This document shows positions 53,419 to 63,727 of a stretch of DNA of 64,000 nt, piece by piece. Position 1 is the first letter of the stretch, and the number at the start of each line of letters is the position of its first letter. Position numbers and translations under genes: made by a program. Location of the stretch: the NCBI GenBank assembly GCA_965250285.1, contig OZ252299.1, positions 1,088,001 to 1,152,000 on the forward strand, read 5' to 3'. Below the pieces are notes generated by a model, which had not been told where the DNA came from, made no database searches, and saw only the letters and a list, made by a program, of their open reading frames with translations. Source of the stretch: Myxococcota bacterium (lineage in GTDB: Bacteria; Myxococcota_A; UBA9160; UBA4427).

Positions 53419-54288
53419 TCAGGCGGGCAGGCCGACCATGTCGGCGCTCAGCTTCCAGAGTCGCTCGGCAGCGTCGTCGTCGAGGGCGAGGTCGGTGGGG
53501 CGCTTGGGCTTCTCGTTCTGAAAGTACAACCCCGTCGTGTCAGCGAGCTCGGGCGACGTGCAGAGATGGATCGACGTCCTGGCGCCGTCGGCGGGCGAGC
53601 GCAGGAAGAACTTGGTCAGTGGGTGGATGAGCTTGAAGAGCCAGCCATTGTCTTGACCGAGATTCGTGTCGACGGCGCCGGGGTGCAGGCAGTTGACGGT
53701 CACGTCGTCGCCTTCGACGCGCGTCGCGAGCGCTCGGGTGAACAAGATGTTGGCGAGCTTCGAGTTGCCGTAGACGCGCATGCCCGAGAAAGACCGCTCG
53801 CTCTGGAGGTCGTCGAAATCCCAGCTCGCGAAGCGGTGCGCCTCGCTCGACACGTTGACGACCCGCGCGCCGGGCGTCTCGACGAGACGGTCGAGCAGCA
53901 GTCGGGTCAGCAGGTAGTACGCCAGGTGGTTGGTGCCGAACATCGCCTCGAAGCCGTCATCGGTGGTCTTGCGCGAGAGCAGCACGATGCCGGCGTTGTT
54001 GAGGAGCACGTCGATCCGCGGGCAGGCGTCGAGCAGCTCGGGCGCGACGGCCCGGATGTCGTCGAGCCGCGAGAGGTCGGCGCGGTGCACGCTGATCTCG
54101 GCCCCGGGGCGATCGGCGAGCAGCTCGGCGCGCACCTGGTCGGCTTTCTCGGTACTGCGCGCGACGAGCGCCAGCCTTGCGCCGGCGCGGCTGAGCGCAT
54201 CGACCGTCGCGCGACCGATCCCCGACGTCGCGCCGGTGACGACGCAGGTCTTGCCGCTCATGTCCAAGCCGATCTCCTCCCGCTGCAC
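53419..54288 (-). CDS. SDR oxidoreductase (retinol-dehydrogenase-like)
   Basis: TGATSGIG, NNAG, VSS and YGNSK motifs. Confidence 0.92.
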   Translation of the reverse strand: MQREEIGLDMSGKTCVVTGATSGIGRATVDALSRAGARLALVARSTEKADQVRAELLADRPGAEISVHRADLSRLDDIRAVAPELLDACPRIDVLLNNAGIVLLSRKTTDDGFEAMFGTNHLAYYLLTRLLLDRLVETPGARVVNVSSEAHRFASWDFDDLQSERSFSGMRVYGNSKLANILFTRALATRVEGDDVTVNCLHPGAVDTNLGQDNGWLFKLIHPLTKFFLRSPADGARTSIHLCTSPELADTTGLYFQNEKPKRPTDLALDDDAAERLWKLSADMVGLPA

Positions 54289-54312
54289 GCGACGAACTCG
54301 GCGGTGCAGCGG

Positions 54313-54579
54313 TCAGAGAACGTAGAGGATTCGATCGTGACCCGAGAGGGCTCGGTAGACGTCGTCGAGCTGCTCGCGGCTGCGTGCCGTGAACGTGACG
54401 GTCACCGAGCGGAACCGGCCGTTGCGGCTCTCTTTCGAATCGACCTCGGCGTCTTCGAAATCGTCGATCAGTGGCTGAATCAGTGAGACGACGAGCTCGG
54501 TGAACGAATCCTCCGACTTCCCCATGGCTTTCACGGGAAAGCGCATGGGGAAGCGGAGGGGATCTTCGGGCTCGGTCAT
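54313..54579 (-). CDS. DUF493/YbeD family protein
   Basis: FPMRFPVKAMG..SRNGRFRSVTV..SREQLDDVYRAL..YVL motif. Confidence 0.88.
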   Translation of the reverse strand: MTEPEDPLRFPMRFPVKAMGKSEDSFTELVVSLIQPLIDDFEDAEVDSKESRNGRFRSVTVTFTARSREQLDDVYRALSGHDRILYVL

Positions 54580-54624
54580 CGTGTGGTGTCGCTCGTCGAC
54601 AGGGTGGGCGGCCCAACAGACCGG

Positions 54625-55752
54625 TCACACGCGATAGATGGCGCCCATCTTCTGTCGGTTCTCGTTGATGTCGCGCAGCACCTCGGTGGCTGCATCGGCC
54701 ACCTCGATCCCGGCCACCTCATCGTCCTCGGCCTTGAGCTCGTCCATGTCGACCCAGTTCGCGTACACGTGCTTCGTGCGGTCGGTGATGATGCCCGCCT
54801 TCAGCAGGGTCTTGATGAGCACCCGGAAGATGTTGGTGTTGTTGGTCATGTCCTGGCGGCGGTCTTCCTCGGTGAATGCTTCGAGCACCGCGCCGCGCAC
54901 CTCGCGCCAGTCGAGGCCGAACTCGCCATAGATGCCCTGCTTCTGCTCGCTGTTCACGAGGTTGAAGAGCAGGATCTGGAAGACCTCGGCCGACCAGTCC
55001 TCGACGAAGATCGCCTCTTCTTCGTCGAGCTTCGGGATCGTGCGGTCGGCCCAGATCTTTCCGAACTTGTGGTGGCCGGCCTCGTCGGCCATCGTGAACT
55101 GGATCAGCCGCTTGAGCAGCGGGTCGTAGGTCTCACGCTGGATCGTCGCGAAGGCACCCATCGCGAGGCCCTCGATCATCATCTGCATGCCGATCAGCTT
55201 CTTGTAGACCGCGGGCGAGCGGATGATGTCGGTCAAGAAGTGGCGCACCGTCGCGCCCGACTCGACCGGGGTCCCCCACCGAGCCTTGACGTAGTTGCTG
55301 AAGCCCGCGACGTGGCGCGCCTCTTCGCGGGTCTGGTTCGCGGCGTATTCCTGGCTGCCCGGGTCGCGCAGAATCGACGTCAGGCTGGCCGACAGCGACA
55401 GCGCACCCTGCTCGCCGTGCAGAAGCGTCGACACGATGAAGCGCGTGTTCTGGTTCGCCAGGCGAATCTTCTGCTGCTCGTCGAGCTTGTCTGCGATCGA
55501 CGTTTGCAGCTCGATGCAGAACTCGGCCGGCATGATGAGCTGCTCTTCGAGGTTCATCGTGTGCGCATCGAAGTCGAGGTAGCGCTTGTCGTTCGGGTCC
55601 CAGAAGTGATCGACGGTTGCCGAGATGATCTCGTCGAACGCATCGGTCCGCTCCGCGTAGCGATCGACCGCGATCAACGGGTCGAAGTCATCGCGATCGA
55701 CGATGTTGTAGATCGGGTCGTAGGTGATGTGTCGTTCGGTGGGGGCGGACAT
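54625..55752 (-). CDS. Ferritin-like di-iron protein (AurF/desaturase-like fold)
   Basis: Di-iron ligand pattern HGEQGA...EEARH...IEGLA...DEAGHH; AGGAG RBS. Confidence 0.85.
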   Translation of the reverse strand: MSAPTERHITYDPIYNIVDRDDFDPLIAVDRYAERTDAFDEIISATVDHFWDPNDKRYLDFDAHTMNLEEQLIMPAEFCIELQTSIADKLDEQQKIRLANQNTRFIVSTLLHGEQGALSLSASLTSILRDPGSQEYAANQTREEARHVAGFSNYVKARWGTPVESGATVRHFLTDIIRSPAVYKKLIGMQMMIEGLAMGAFATIQRETYDPLLKRLIQFTMADEAGHHKFGKIWADRTIPKLDEEEAIFVEDWSAEVFQILLFNLVNSEQKQGIYGEFGLDWREVRGAVLEAFTEEDRRQDMTNNTNIFRVLIKTLLKAGIITDRTKHVYANWVDMDELKAEDDEVAGIEVADAATEVLRDINENRQKMGAIYRV

Positions 55753-55810
55753 CGGTGGATCACTCCTGCTGTGACGTCTTCAAGACGTCCTGGATCGTTC
55801 GACGCCGTGG

Positions 55811-56476
55811 CTACTCGTCGTCGTCGTTCTGGGCGCGTTCGAAAGCGGGGTACGTGCCGCGCAGCTGGATGCGCGTGAGCGTCTCGATGACGGTCTCGCG
55901 CGAGGCACGGGTCGGGTCTTCGGCCCACCACGCGATCACGCGAGCCCACATGCCGACGAGGGCCTGCGAGACGACTTCGGGATCGAGCAGGTCGGAAAGC
56001 TGACCGCTCGCGATGAACTGGCGACGTACGTCGGCCACCGAGCGAGCCAGTCGGTCGAGCACGTCGTGCTCGACCTGCGCCGACTCGGCGTCGCCGCTGA
56101 AGACGACGCGAATCATGTCGCGGTTGTCCTCGGCGAAGTCGATCAGGGCGGTGGCGTGCGCGCGCAAGCGTTCGGGGAGCGGGGCGGCCTCGTTGCGCGC
56201 GCGCTCCACTCGCCGGTTCAGCTCGTCCACTGCGGCATCGACCAGCTCACGAAAGAGCGCGTGCTTGTCGCTGAAGTGGTTGTAGAACGTGCCGGCGGCC
56301 ACGCCCGCATGGGCGGCGATGTCGTGTGTCGTCACCTTGTGCAGGCCCTGCTGGGCGAAGAGTGCCTGGCCACTCTCGAGCAGCCGCTGGCGCGTGGCCG
56401 CGCGCGCGCGCGCGGCCACGGTCTGGCGACCGGCGGCGGGGGCGTCGCTCGGGCTGTCCGATCCGGTGACATTCAT
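55811..56476 (-). CDS. TetR/AcrR family regulator
   Basis: TRQRLLESG..TTHDIAAHAGVAAGTFYNHFSDK motif. Confidence 0.92.
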   Translation of the reverse strand: MNVTGSDSPSDAPAAGRQTVAARARAATRQRLLESGQALFAQQGLHKVTTHDIAAHAGVAAGTFYNHFSDKHALFRELVDAAVDELNRRVERARNEAAPLPERLRAHATALIDFAEDNRDMIRVVFSGDAESAQVEHDVLDRLARSVADVRRQFIASGQLSDLLDPEVVSQALVGMWARVIAWWAEDPTRASRETVIETLTRIQLRGTYPAFERAQNDDDE

Positions 56477-56499
56477 GTCAGTCGGTGACAGTATCGTCA
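56467..56499. promoter_or_regulatory. Tandem TGAC-N6-GTCA operators at the tetR start
   Basis: TGACATTCATGTCA (56467-56480) and TGACAGTATCGTCA (56486-56499). Confidence 0.7.
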
Positions 56500-56642
56500 G
56501 TCCGAAGCGGCAGCAAGAGACCTCGTTCGCCCGCATGCACGGCTCGACCCGCGTCTCGATTCCCCTCGGGGCGGTGGGCGTCGCTCGTTCGATCGCGCAT
56601 CGTTCGGTCGGTCCCCGACGATGCGGGCCCGAGGAACGCACG

Positions 56643-57104
56643 ATGGCTTCGATCCGGACCGCGGTGAAGGCGCTGATCCTGCGCGAGGGGCGGCTGTTGG
56701 TGAACCACTGCCGCAACGCCGGCGGCGAGTACTACGCGCTGCCGGGGGGCGGTCAGCGGGTCGGCGAGCCGGCCGACGAGGCCCTCGTGCGCGAGTGTCG
56801 TGAAGAGATCGGCGTGACCGTCGAAGTCGGGCCGCTGTGTTTCGTCCGAGATCACATCGTCGCCCACCACACGCACTCGTACGTCACCGAGTCACCGCAT
56901 CAGCTCGAACTGCTCTTCGCGTGCACGCTGCGACCGGGTGAAGAGCCGCGGCTCGGACCCGAGCCCGATGCGCAGCAGCTCGGCGTCGTTTGGCTCGGCG
57001 CAGACGAGCTCGCTCGGGTGACGGTCAAGCCGTCGTGGCTCGTCGACGTCGTTCGGGTCGGTGGGATCGGCTCTCTGTCGGTGTACCAGGGGGATCGAGA
57101 CTGA
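56643..57104 (+). CDS. NUDIX hydrolase
   Basis: Nudix box PGGGQRVGEPADEALVRECREEIG. Confidence 0.9.
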   Translation: MASIRTAVKALILREGRLLVNHCRNAGGEYYALPGGGQRVGEPADEALVRECREEIGVTVEVGPLCFVRDHIVAHHTHSYVTESPHQLELLFACTLRPGEEPRLGPEPDAQQLGVVWLGADELARVTVKPSWLVDVVRVGGIGSLSVYQGDRD

Positions 57105-57119
57105 GCCGTTCGAGGGGAC

Positions 57120-58313
57120 TCAGCGGTCGACGGTCTGCGCCATGCGCTCGACCACCTCGTCGAGGATCGACTTCGACGTGGCGAAGTTGATCCGCGCGAA
57201 GTCGCGGTAGCCGGTGCCGAACGAGCGCCCGTCGGTGAGCGCGACGCGCCCCTGCTCCCGAAAGCGAGCGGCGGGCGAGCCGTCGAGGCCGAGCGGCGCG
57301 AAGTCGACCCACGTGAGGTAGGTGCCTTCGGGTACGCTGGGATCGAGCTCGGGGAAGCGCTTGCGCAGCAGGCCGTCGAGGTAGCGGCGATTCTCGTCGA
57401 GCACGTCGACGATCACGTCGAGCCACGCGTCGCCGTCGCGCCACGCTGCGACGGTCGCTTCGAGGCCGAGCATGCCCAGGCCACCGCGCACGCGCCGCGG
57501 AACGTGGCCCAGGAACCGCTTCTGCAGGCCGGGCGACCCGAAGTGTGCGACGGCGCAGCGCAGCCCGGGCGTGTTGAACGACTTGCTGGCCGAATTGAAC
57601 GTGACTGTACGCGCCTCGACTTCGGGCGCGAGGCTCGCGAACGGAACATGGCGCCGACCGTCGAAGACCAGGTCGGCGTGGATCTCGTCGGCCAGGACGA
57701 CGACGTCGTGGCGCAGCACCAGCTCGGCCATGTGCTCGAGCTCGCCGCGATCGAAGACGCGACCGGTCGGGTTCTGCGGATGGCAGAGCAGCAGCGTACG
57801 CGCGCCCCCGACGAGCGCGCGCTCGAGGTCGTCCCAGTCGATCTCCCAACGCGCGCCCCGGCGCACCAGGTGGTTCTCGACGAGCAGCCGCCCCGACTCG
57901 CGCACGGCCTTGAGGAAGGGGGGATACACCGGTGTCTGCGCCACGACTTCGCTGCCCGGCTCGGAGAGACAGTCGAGGCCGATGAACAGGCCTTGCATGA
58001 CGTCGGCCATGACCTCGACGCGCTCGAAGTCGACGTGCCAGCCGAAGCGGTCCGCCATGCGAGAAGCGAAGGCCTCGCGGACGCCCGTCGCGTTCGGGTT
58101 CAGTGGGTAGCCGAGATCCTCGAGCTCGATCGCGCGCTCGAGCACGCGGCGCACCGGCTCACAGAGGGGGAAGTCCATCTCGGCCACCCAGGCCGGAAGG
58201 ATGTCTGCGTCGAAGGTGTTCCACTTCTCACTCGGCCTCTGGGCGAGCACCTCGGGCTCGAGCGCATCGATCGCCGCGCGCAGCTTCGCTTCGGGGTCGG
58301 CGGCCTCGGTCAT
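57120..58313 (-). CDS. PatB/MalY family PLP-dependent C-S lyase
   Basis: KW, WVAEMDF, PVYPPF, CHPQNPTGR, DEIHADL and SKSFN motifs. Confidence 0.92.
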   Translation of the reverse strand: MTEAADPEAKLRAAIDALEPEVLAQRPSEKWNTFDADILPAWVAEMDFPLCEPVRRVLERAIELEDLGYPLNPNATGVREAFASRMADRFGWHVDFERVEVMADVMQGLFIGLDCLSEPGSEVVAQTPVYPPFLKAVRESGRLLVENHLVRRGARWEIDWDDLERALVGGARTLLLCHPQNPTGRVFDRGELEHMAELVLRHDVVVLADEIHADLVFDGRRHVPFASLAPEVEARTVTFNSASKSFNTPGLRCAVAHFGSPGLQKRFLGHVPRRVRGGLGMLGLEATVAAWRDGDAWLDVIVDVLDENRRYLDGLLRKRFPELDPSVPEGTYLTWVDFAPLGLDGSPAARFREQGRVALTDGRSFGTGYRDFARINFATSKSILDEVVERMAQTVDR

Positions 58314-58756
58314 GCTCGCAGGCTCCCGGCCGCCGCGAACCACGCGCGGAGCTTCGCCTCGATGTCGTCGCGGACCGACCGAAACGACTCGAGTCGGGCG
58401 GCTTCGTCGCCGTCGGCCGATGCGGGGTCGGGATGCGGCCAGTGCAGCCGATCGACGTCGCCAGCGAAGACGGGACAGACCTCTTCGGCACACAGCGTGA
58501 CCACGTGGGTGACGCGTTCGACTGCGATCGCGTCGACGCCCTTGCTGACCTGGTCGGTCGCGTCGATGCCGCGCTCGGCCAGGACCTGCACGGCCTCGGG
58601 GCGAACCTCGCCGGGCTCGCTGCCTGCGCTCGCGACGTCGACGCCGGGCGGCGCGAGCCGACGCGCCAGCCCTTCTGCGAGTTGGCTGCGCGCCGAGTTC
58701 GCGACGCACATGAACAGCACGAGATCGCCGGCCTCGACGGGGCGCGGTTCAGGCAT
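58310..58756 (-). CDS. arsC: Arsenate reductase, LMW-PTP (thioredoxin-dependent) family
   Basis: CVANSARSQLAE P-loop; TLC..CP resolving cysteines; HW..DP motif. Confidence 0.85.
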   Translation of the reverse strand: MPEPRPVEAGDLVLFMCVANSARSQLAEGLARRLAPPGVDVASAGSEPGEVRPEAVQVLAERGIDATDQVSKGVDAIAVERVTHVVTLCAEEVCPVFAGDVDRLHWPHPDPASADGDEAARLESFRSVRDDIEAKLRAWFAAAGSLRA

Positions 58757-59927
58757 CGCCGCCGTCTCCTTCTTCGCCCGCGAGCCCGAACTCTGCGAGC
58801 AGGGCGTCGCGGTGGGCGTCGAGTGCCGGGGCCGCGCCGCCGGGCGGCGGCGCGAAGCCCGAGAGCTTGATCGGCTGGCCGGCGACGCGCATGGGCTTGC
58901 CCGCCGGTGTTCTGGCTTCGCTCACCATGTCGCGTGCCCGCACCTGGGGGTGCTCGAGCACCTGCGCGACGTTCTGGATCGGACCGCAAGGGATCTCGGC
59001 CGCCTCGAGGCGCGCGAGCCAAGTTTCGGCGGGTTCGGTGATCAACACAGACTCGATCTCGTCGCGCAGGCGCGCTTCGTGTTCGGCGCGGCCGGCGTTG
59101 TCGGCGAACGCGGGGTCGGCTGCGAGTCCGGGCCGGCCGATGCAGGTGCAGAGCCGTTCGAACAGAGCATCGTTGCCGGCCGCGATCACGATCGGGTGAT
59201 CGAGGGTGTCGAACGCACGAAACGGCGCGATCGATGGATGTCTCGAGCCGATCGGACCCGGCACATCGCCCGTCGTCTCGTAGCGGGCGATGGCGTTCTC
59301 GAGCAGCGCGACCTGGCAGTCGAGCATCGCGACGTCGAGATGCCTTCCCTCACCGCTGCGCGCGCGCTCGTGCAGCGCCGTCAGCACGCCGATGGCGGTG
59401 AAGAGGCCCGCTGCGATGTCGCCGATCGAGCTGCCGACGCGCGTCGGCGAACCGCCTGGCTCGCCGGTGAGGCTCATCAAGCCCCCCATCGCCTGGGCGA
59501 TCAGGTCGTACGAGGGGCGCGTCGAGAGCGGGCCGGTCTGACCGAAGCCCGAGGTCGACGCGAGGATCAAGCGTGGGTGCCGCGCATGCAGGTCGGCCCA
59601 GCCGTAGCCCAGCCGTTCGAGGGTGCCGGGCCGGTAGTTCTCGACGAGGACGTCGGCGCGCTCGAGCAGCGCATCGAAGATCTGCCGGTCTGCCTCGTCC
59701 TTCAGGTCGAGGGCGATGCTCTCCTTGCCACGATTGATCGACGTGAAGTAGGCCGATTCGCCCTCGACGAAGGGGCCGATCGCGCGCGCATCGTCGCCCT
59801 GGCCCGGGCGCTCGACCTTGATGATCCGAGCCCCGAGATCGCGCAGCAGCTGCGTGCAGAAGGGCCCGGCGAGGACGCGGGTGAGGTCGACCACGACGAC
59901 ATCTGAAAGCGGACCGGAAGCAGGCAT
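58749..59927 (-). CDS. CaiB/BaiF family III CoA-transferase
   Basis: VLAGP, IKVE, NRGKES, ENYRPG, GFGQTGP and SIGD motifs. Confidence 0.93.
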   Translation of the reverse strand: MPASGPLSDVVVVDLTRVLAGPFCTQLLRDLGARIIKVERPGQGDDARAIGPFVEGESAYFTSINRGKESIALDLKDEADRQIFDALLERADVLVENYRPGTLERLGYGWADLHARHPRLILASTSGFGQTGPLSTRPSYDLIAQAMGGLMSLTGEPGGSPTRVGSSIGDIAAGLFTAIGVLTALHERARSGEGRHLDVAMLDCQVALLENAIARYETTGDVPGPIGSRHPSIAPFRAFDTLDHPIVIAAGNDALFERLCTCIGRPGLAADPAFADNAGRAEHEARLRDEIESVLITEPAETWLARLEAAEIPCGPIQNVAQVLEHPQVRARDMVSEARTPAGKPMRVAGQPIKLSGFAPPPGGAAPALDAHRDALLAEFGLAGEEGDGGDA

Positions 59928-60136
59928 CCGCCAAAGGTACCGCGAGGTGGAGGGGTGGCCGCTGCGCCGCGCACGATTCGGCGCAGCGCCGGTCTCTTTC
60001 GCCACTCGATGGATGTATCTCGCGTCACGACACTCGAACCACTCGGGCTGAGGTCGCCAGGCGCTATCCTGCCGCCGCATCGAGTGACGACTCGGCCGCA
60101 TCCGCATCCAAGAACCGTGGGAGAGTGGGAGAAACG

Positions 60137-61540
60137 ATGACTTCGGCTTCGTACGACGTGGTGGTGATCGGTGGGGGACCGGGGGGCTACCCGGCGGCCA
60201 TCCGCGCGCGCCAGCTCGGCCTCTCGGTCGCGCTCGTCGAGCGCGAACACCTCGGAGGGATCTGTCTCAACTGGGGCTGTATCCCGACGAAGGCGCTGCT
60301 GCGCTCGGCCGAGGTTGCGCACACCCTCGACCGGCTCGACGAGTTCGGCTTTTCGGCCGAAGGCATCCAGGTGGACTTCGATCAGGTGATCAAGCGCTCG
60401 CGCAAGGTGGCCAAGCGGCTCACCACCGGCGTCACGGGGCTGCTCAAGAAGAACCAGGTCGACGTCATCGACGGCCACGGCCGCCTCGACGGCGGTGGCC
60501 GCGTCGTGGTCGAGAAGGACGGCGCGCAGGTCGCCGACCTGACGGCGCGCCACATCGTGCTCTCGACCGGTGCGCGCGCCCGCGTGCTGCCGGGGCTCGA
60601 ACCCGATGGCGATCGCGTGTGGACCTACAAGGAGGCGATGGTGCCCGAGAGCCTGCCCGCCTCGGTGCTCGTGATCGGCTCGGGCGCGATCGGCATGGAG
60701 TTCGCCAGCTTCTACCGCGATCTCGGCACCGAGGTGACGGTCGTCGAAACACTGCCGCGGATCCTGCCCGTCGAAGATCACGAGATCTCGGCCGCGGCGG
60801 CCAAGCAGTTCAAGCGCCGCAAGATCGCGATGCATACGAGCGCCACCGTGTCGGCGCTCGACCGCAAGCCCGACGGCGTGACGGCGACGATCGAGCCCGA
60901 GTCGGGAGAGCCGATCCAGCTGACCGTCGACCGCGTGATCCTCGCCGTCGGCATCACCGGCAACGTCGAAGACCTCGGTCTCGAAGGCACGGGCGTGCAG
61001 GTCGATCGGGGGCACGTGGTGACCGACGAGTGGGGCCGCACGGGCGAGCCGGGCATCTACGCGATCGGCGACGTCGCCGGGCCGCCGTGGCTCGCGCACA
61101 AGGCAACCCACGAAGGCGTGATTGCGGCCGAGCACATCGCCGGTGTGCCCGGAATGCACCCGATGGACAAGGCCAAGATCCCGGGCTGCACCTATTGCCG
61201 GCCGCAGATCGCGAGCGTCGGCCTGCGGGAGCACGAGGCGGCCGAGGCCGGTCGTGAGGTGCGGATCGGGCGCTTCCCGTTCGTGGGCAACGGCAAGGCG
61301 ATCGCGCTCGGCGAGAGCGACGGGCTGGTCAAGACGATCTTCGACGCGAAGACGGGCGAGCTGCTCGGGGCGCACATGATCGGTGCCGAGGTGACGGAGC
61401 TGATCCAGGGCTTCGTCGTGGCGATGAACCTCGAGACGACCGAAGCCGAGCTGATGCACACCGTCTTCGCGCATCCGACGCTCAGTGAAATGATGCACGA
61501 GTCGGTCCTCGAAGCGTACGACCGAGCGATCCACATCTGA
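60137..61540 (+). CDS. lpdA: Dihydrolipoyl dehydrogenase
   Basis: GGGPGG, GGICLNWGCIP, GSGAIG and HPTLSE motifs. Confidence 0.97.
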   Translation: MTSASYDVVVIGGGPGGYPAAIRARQLGLSVALVEREHLGGICLNWGCIPTKALLRSAEVAHTLDRLDEFGFSAEGIQVDFDQVIKRSRKVAKRLTTGVTGLLKKNQVDVIDGHGRLDGGGRVVVEKDGAQVADLTARHIVLSTGARARVLPGLEPDGDRVWTYKEAMVPESLPASVLVIGSGAIGMEFASFYRDLGTEVTVVETLPRILPVEDHEISAAAAKQFKRRKIAMHTSATVSALDRKPDGVTATIEPESGEPIQLTVDRVILAVGITGNVEDLGLEGTGVQVDRGHVVTDEWGRTGEPGIYAIGDVAGPPWLAHKATHEGVIAAEHIAGVPGMHPMDKAKIPGCTYCRPQIASVGLREHEAAEAGREVRIGRFPFVGNGKAIALGESDGLVKTIFDAKTGELLGAHMIGAEVTELIQGFVVAMNLETTEAELMHTVFAHPTLSEMMHESVLEAYDRAIHI

Positions 61541-61585
61541 GCGAAGCGACTTGATGGCCCCGCCTCGACACCCGAGCGAACGCGT

Positions 61586-62593
61586 ATGAGTGATCTGCTT
61601 CAGATCGATGGTGCGAAGCCCGCAGCGCCGCGTGCGCCGAAGCCGCCTTGGCTCAAGGTGCGACTGCGGCAATCAGAGGGGCTCGACGAGACCCGTGCGC
61701 TCGTGCGAGAGCTCGGGCTGAACACGGTCTGCGAAGAGGCGGCGTGCCCGAATCTCGCCGAGTGCTGGGCGTCGAAGCACGCGACCGTGATGATCCTTGG
61801 TCGGGTGTGCACGCGGGCGTGCGCGTTCTGCAACGTCGATACGGGTCTGCCCGAGCCGGGCGTCGACGATGACGAGCCGGCCCACGTCGCTGAGGCGGCG
61901 GCGCGGCTCGGCCTCGAGCACGTGGTGATCACCAGCGTCGATCGCGACGATCTGTCCGATGGCGGCTCGCAGCACTTCGTCCACTGCATCGACGCGGTGC
62001 GCGAGCGCTCACCCGGCACGACGATCGAGGTGTTGACGCCCGACTTCCGACGCAAGGCCGGGGCGCTCGAACGGGTCGCGGCCGCTCGCCCCGACGTCTA
62101 CAACCACAACCTCGAGACCGTCCCGTCGCTCTACCGCCGGATCCGCCCCGGCGCGAACTACCGGCATTCGCTGGCCATCCTGCGACTCGCGAAGCAGGTC
62201 GAGCCGACGCTCTTCACGAAGTCGGGCATCATGCTGGGGCTCGGCGAGACGCGGGACGAAGTGCTGGCGCTGATGGACGACCTGCGTGCCCACGACGTCG
62301 ATTTCGTGACGATTGGCCAGTACCTGCGACCGACGCCGCGCCATGCGCCCGTCGATCGGTACGTCGAGCCCGATGAGTTCGAAACCCTCGCAGAGGAGGC
62401 ACGGCGCCGCGGCTTCCTGCTCGTCGCGTCCTCCCCGTTCACGCGGTCGTCGTACCACGCAGGCGCCGACTTCGCGCGGCTTCAGGCCGCGCGGCGGGCT
62501 CGGATCGCGGGCGGCGCCGAGGCTCCGAAGCCCGGTTCGGGCGCGACCGGCGCCGCGGCTCCGAAGTCGGGTTCGGGCGCGACCGGGATCTGA
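61586..62593 (+). CDS. lipA: Lipoyl synthase
   Basis: [20 protein letters not shown] and RSSYHA motifs. Confidence 0.97.
   Translation: MSDLLQIDGAKPAAPRAPKPPWLKVRLRQSEGLDETRALVRELGLNTVCEEAACPNLAECWASKHATVMILGRVCTRACAFCNVDTGLPEPGVDDDEPAHVAEAAARLGLEHVVITSVDRDDLSDGGSQHFVHCIDAVRERSPGTTIEVLTPDFRRKAGALERVAAARPDVYNHNLETVPSLYRRIRPGANYRHSLAILRLAKQVEPTLFTKSGIMLGLGETRDEVLALMDDLRAHDVDFVTIGQYLRPTPRHAPVDRYVEPDEFETLAEEARRRGFLLVASSPFTRSSYHAGADFARLQAARRARIAGGAEAPKPGSGATGAAAPKSGSGATGI
62513..62586 (+). repeat. In-frame 36-bp duplication in the lipA C-terminal tail
   Basis: Encodes [12 protein letters not shown] / [12 protein letters not shown]. Confidence 0.85.
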
Positions 62594-62697
62594 GCGCCCC
62601 CGTCGCCATCCCGCCAGGCCACGTCGCTGGACGTCCTCGACCGGGCGCCGGGCAGTCTCCGCTCAGGCCGATCGCGCGGCGCGCCGAAACGTTCGGT

Positions 62698-63198
62698 ATG
62701 CGCACCCTCATCGCCCTCTCGGCGTTCTTCGTCGTCGTCTCCGGCGGCCTCGTGATCACCCTCGAAGGTCCCAAGCACATCCCGGCCATTGCCGAGATCA
62801 TGCCCGGCGTCGAGGCTGCATCGGAGCACAAGGTGTTGGTCTTCCTCGTCGGCGACAGCCAGGGGGTGGACACCGTGCGCCACTCGGTCGATCCCCGGCG
62901 CATCGTCTGGTCGAGCCCCGAGGCGGTCGCGTTGAAGGAGGGCCGGATCGTCGCGGCCGGCCAGCACGCGGTGGGCGAGCCGATCAAGCAAGCGGGATGG
63001 ATGGATCGCGAGATCGAGATCTTCACGGTCGCGAAGCGCGATCTCTTGCCCGCCAAGGGCGGCGCCAGCGACGGCGAGGGCGTGGAGGTCGACCCCGAGC
63101 GCATGGCCCGTCTTCAGGAGCTCGTGAACAAGCCGACGCTCACCTACGGTGAGCAGCTGTTCGTGCTTCAGGCGATGAACGACGGCATCTCGTTCTAG
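62698..63198 (+). CDS. Hypothetical membrane-anchored or exported protein
   Basis: Hydrophobic N-terminus and typical codon usage; no recognisable family. Confidence 0.7.
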   Translation: MRTLIALSAFFVVVSGGLVITLEGPKHIPAIAEIMPGVEAASEHKVLVFLVGDSQGVDTVRHSVDPRRIVWSSPEAVALKEGRIVAAGQHAVGEPIKQAGWMDREIEIFTVAKRDLLPAKGGASDGEGVEVDPERMARLQELVNKPTLTYGEQLFVLQAMNDGISF

Positions 63199-63298
63199 GC
63201 GCAGACTCGTCGATCCCGGGCGCCCCAAGGCAGGGCGGTTGAACGGGCGCAACGGACCCGACCGATTCAGCCCCGCTCGCGCGCGGCCGCAGTCGCCG

Positions 63299-63404
63299 TG
63301 CCCAGGGCAGACTCGAACCTCTTCCCCTCGGGTTGACCGCTCCAGGCTTCACCCACGCTCTCCAGTCTGACGCGCATCTGCCTGATTCCACGGCAGAACT
63401 GGGC
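63299..63404 (-). pseudogene. Degenerate tRNA-Leu-like sequence
   Basis: 5' GCCCAG...CTGGGC-A acceptor-like ends, GGAAT..GGCAGATGCGC D-arm-like block and GGTTCGAGTC T-loop; stems disrupted and no clear anticodon. Confidence 0.5.
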
Positions 63405-63727
63405 TCGACTGGGCCGAGCCGTCTCGTCTGTGCGGTCTTGCGGATTTCTGCACGTTCCGTACGTCGACCCGTACAAGCGGACGAAGTCTCTGATCGAACG
63501 CGTGCCTTCTGCGCCGAGTACGAATGGAGCGTGAGGTGGTCGGCGCTTCGATCATCGCGGTCGAGGTGATTTGCGAGCCGAGCACGGCCCCGCTGCTCGG
63601 CGCCGGCCTCATCGGTCTCCCGCTCCGACGCCGCTCCGTCTGAGGCCAGCTGCGCCGCCCGCTCACGAGCGGGCGCTCGACACAGGGGGTTCTCGACCTG
63701 GCGGTGGCTCTCGCGTAACGCGCACGA

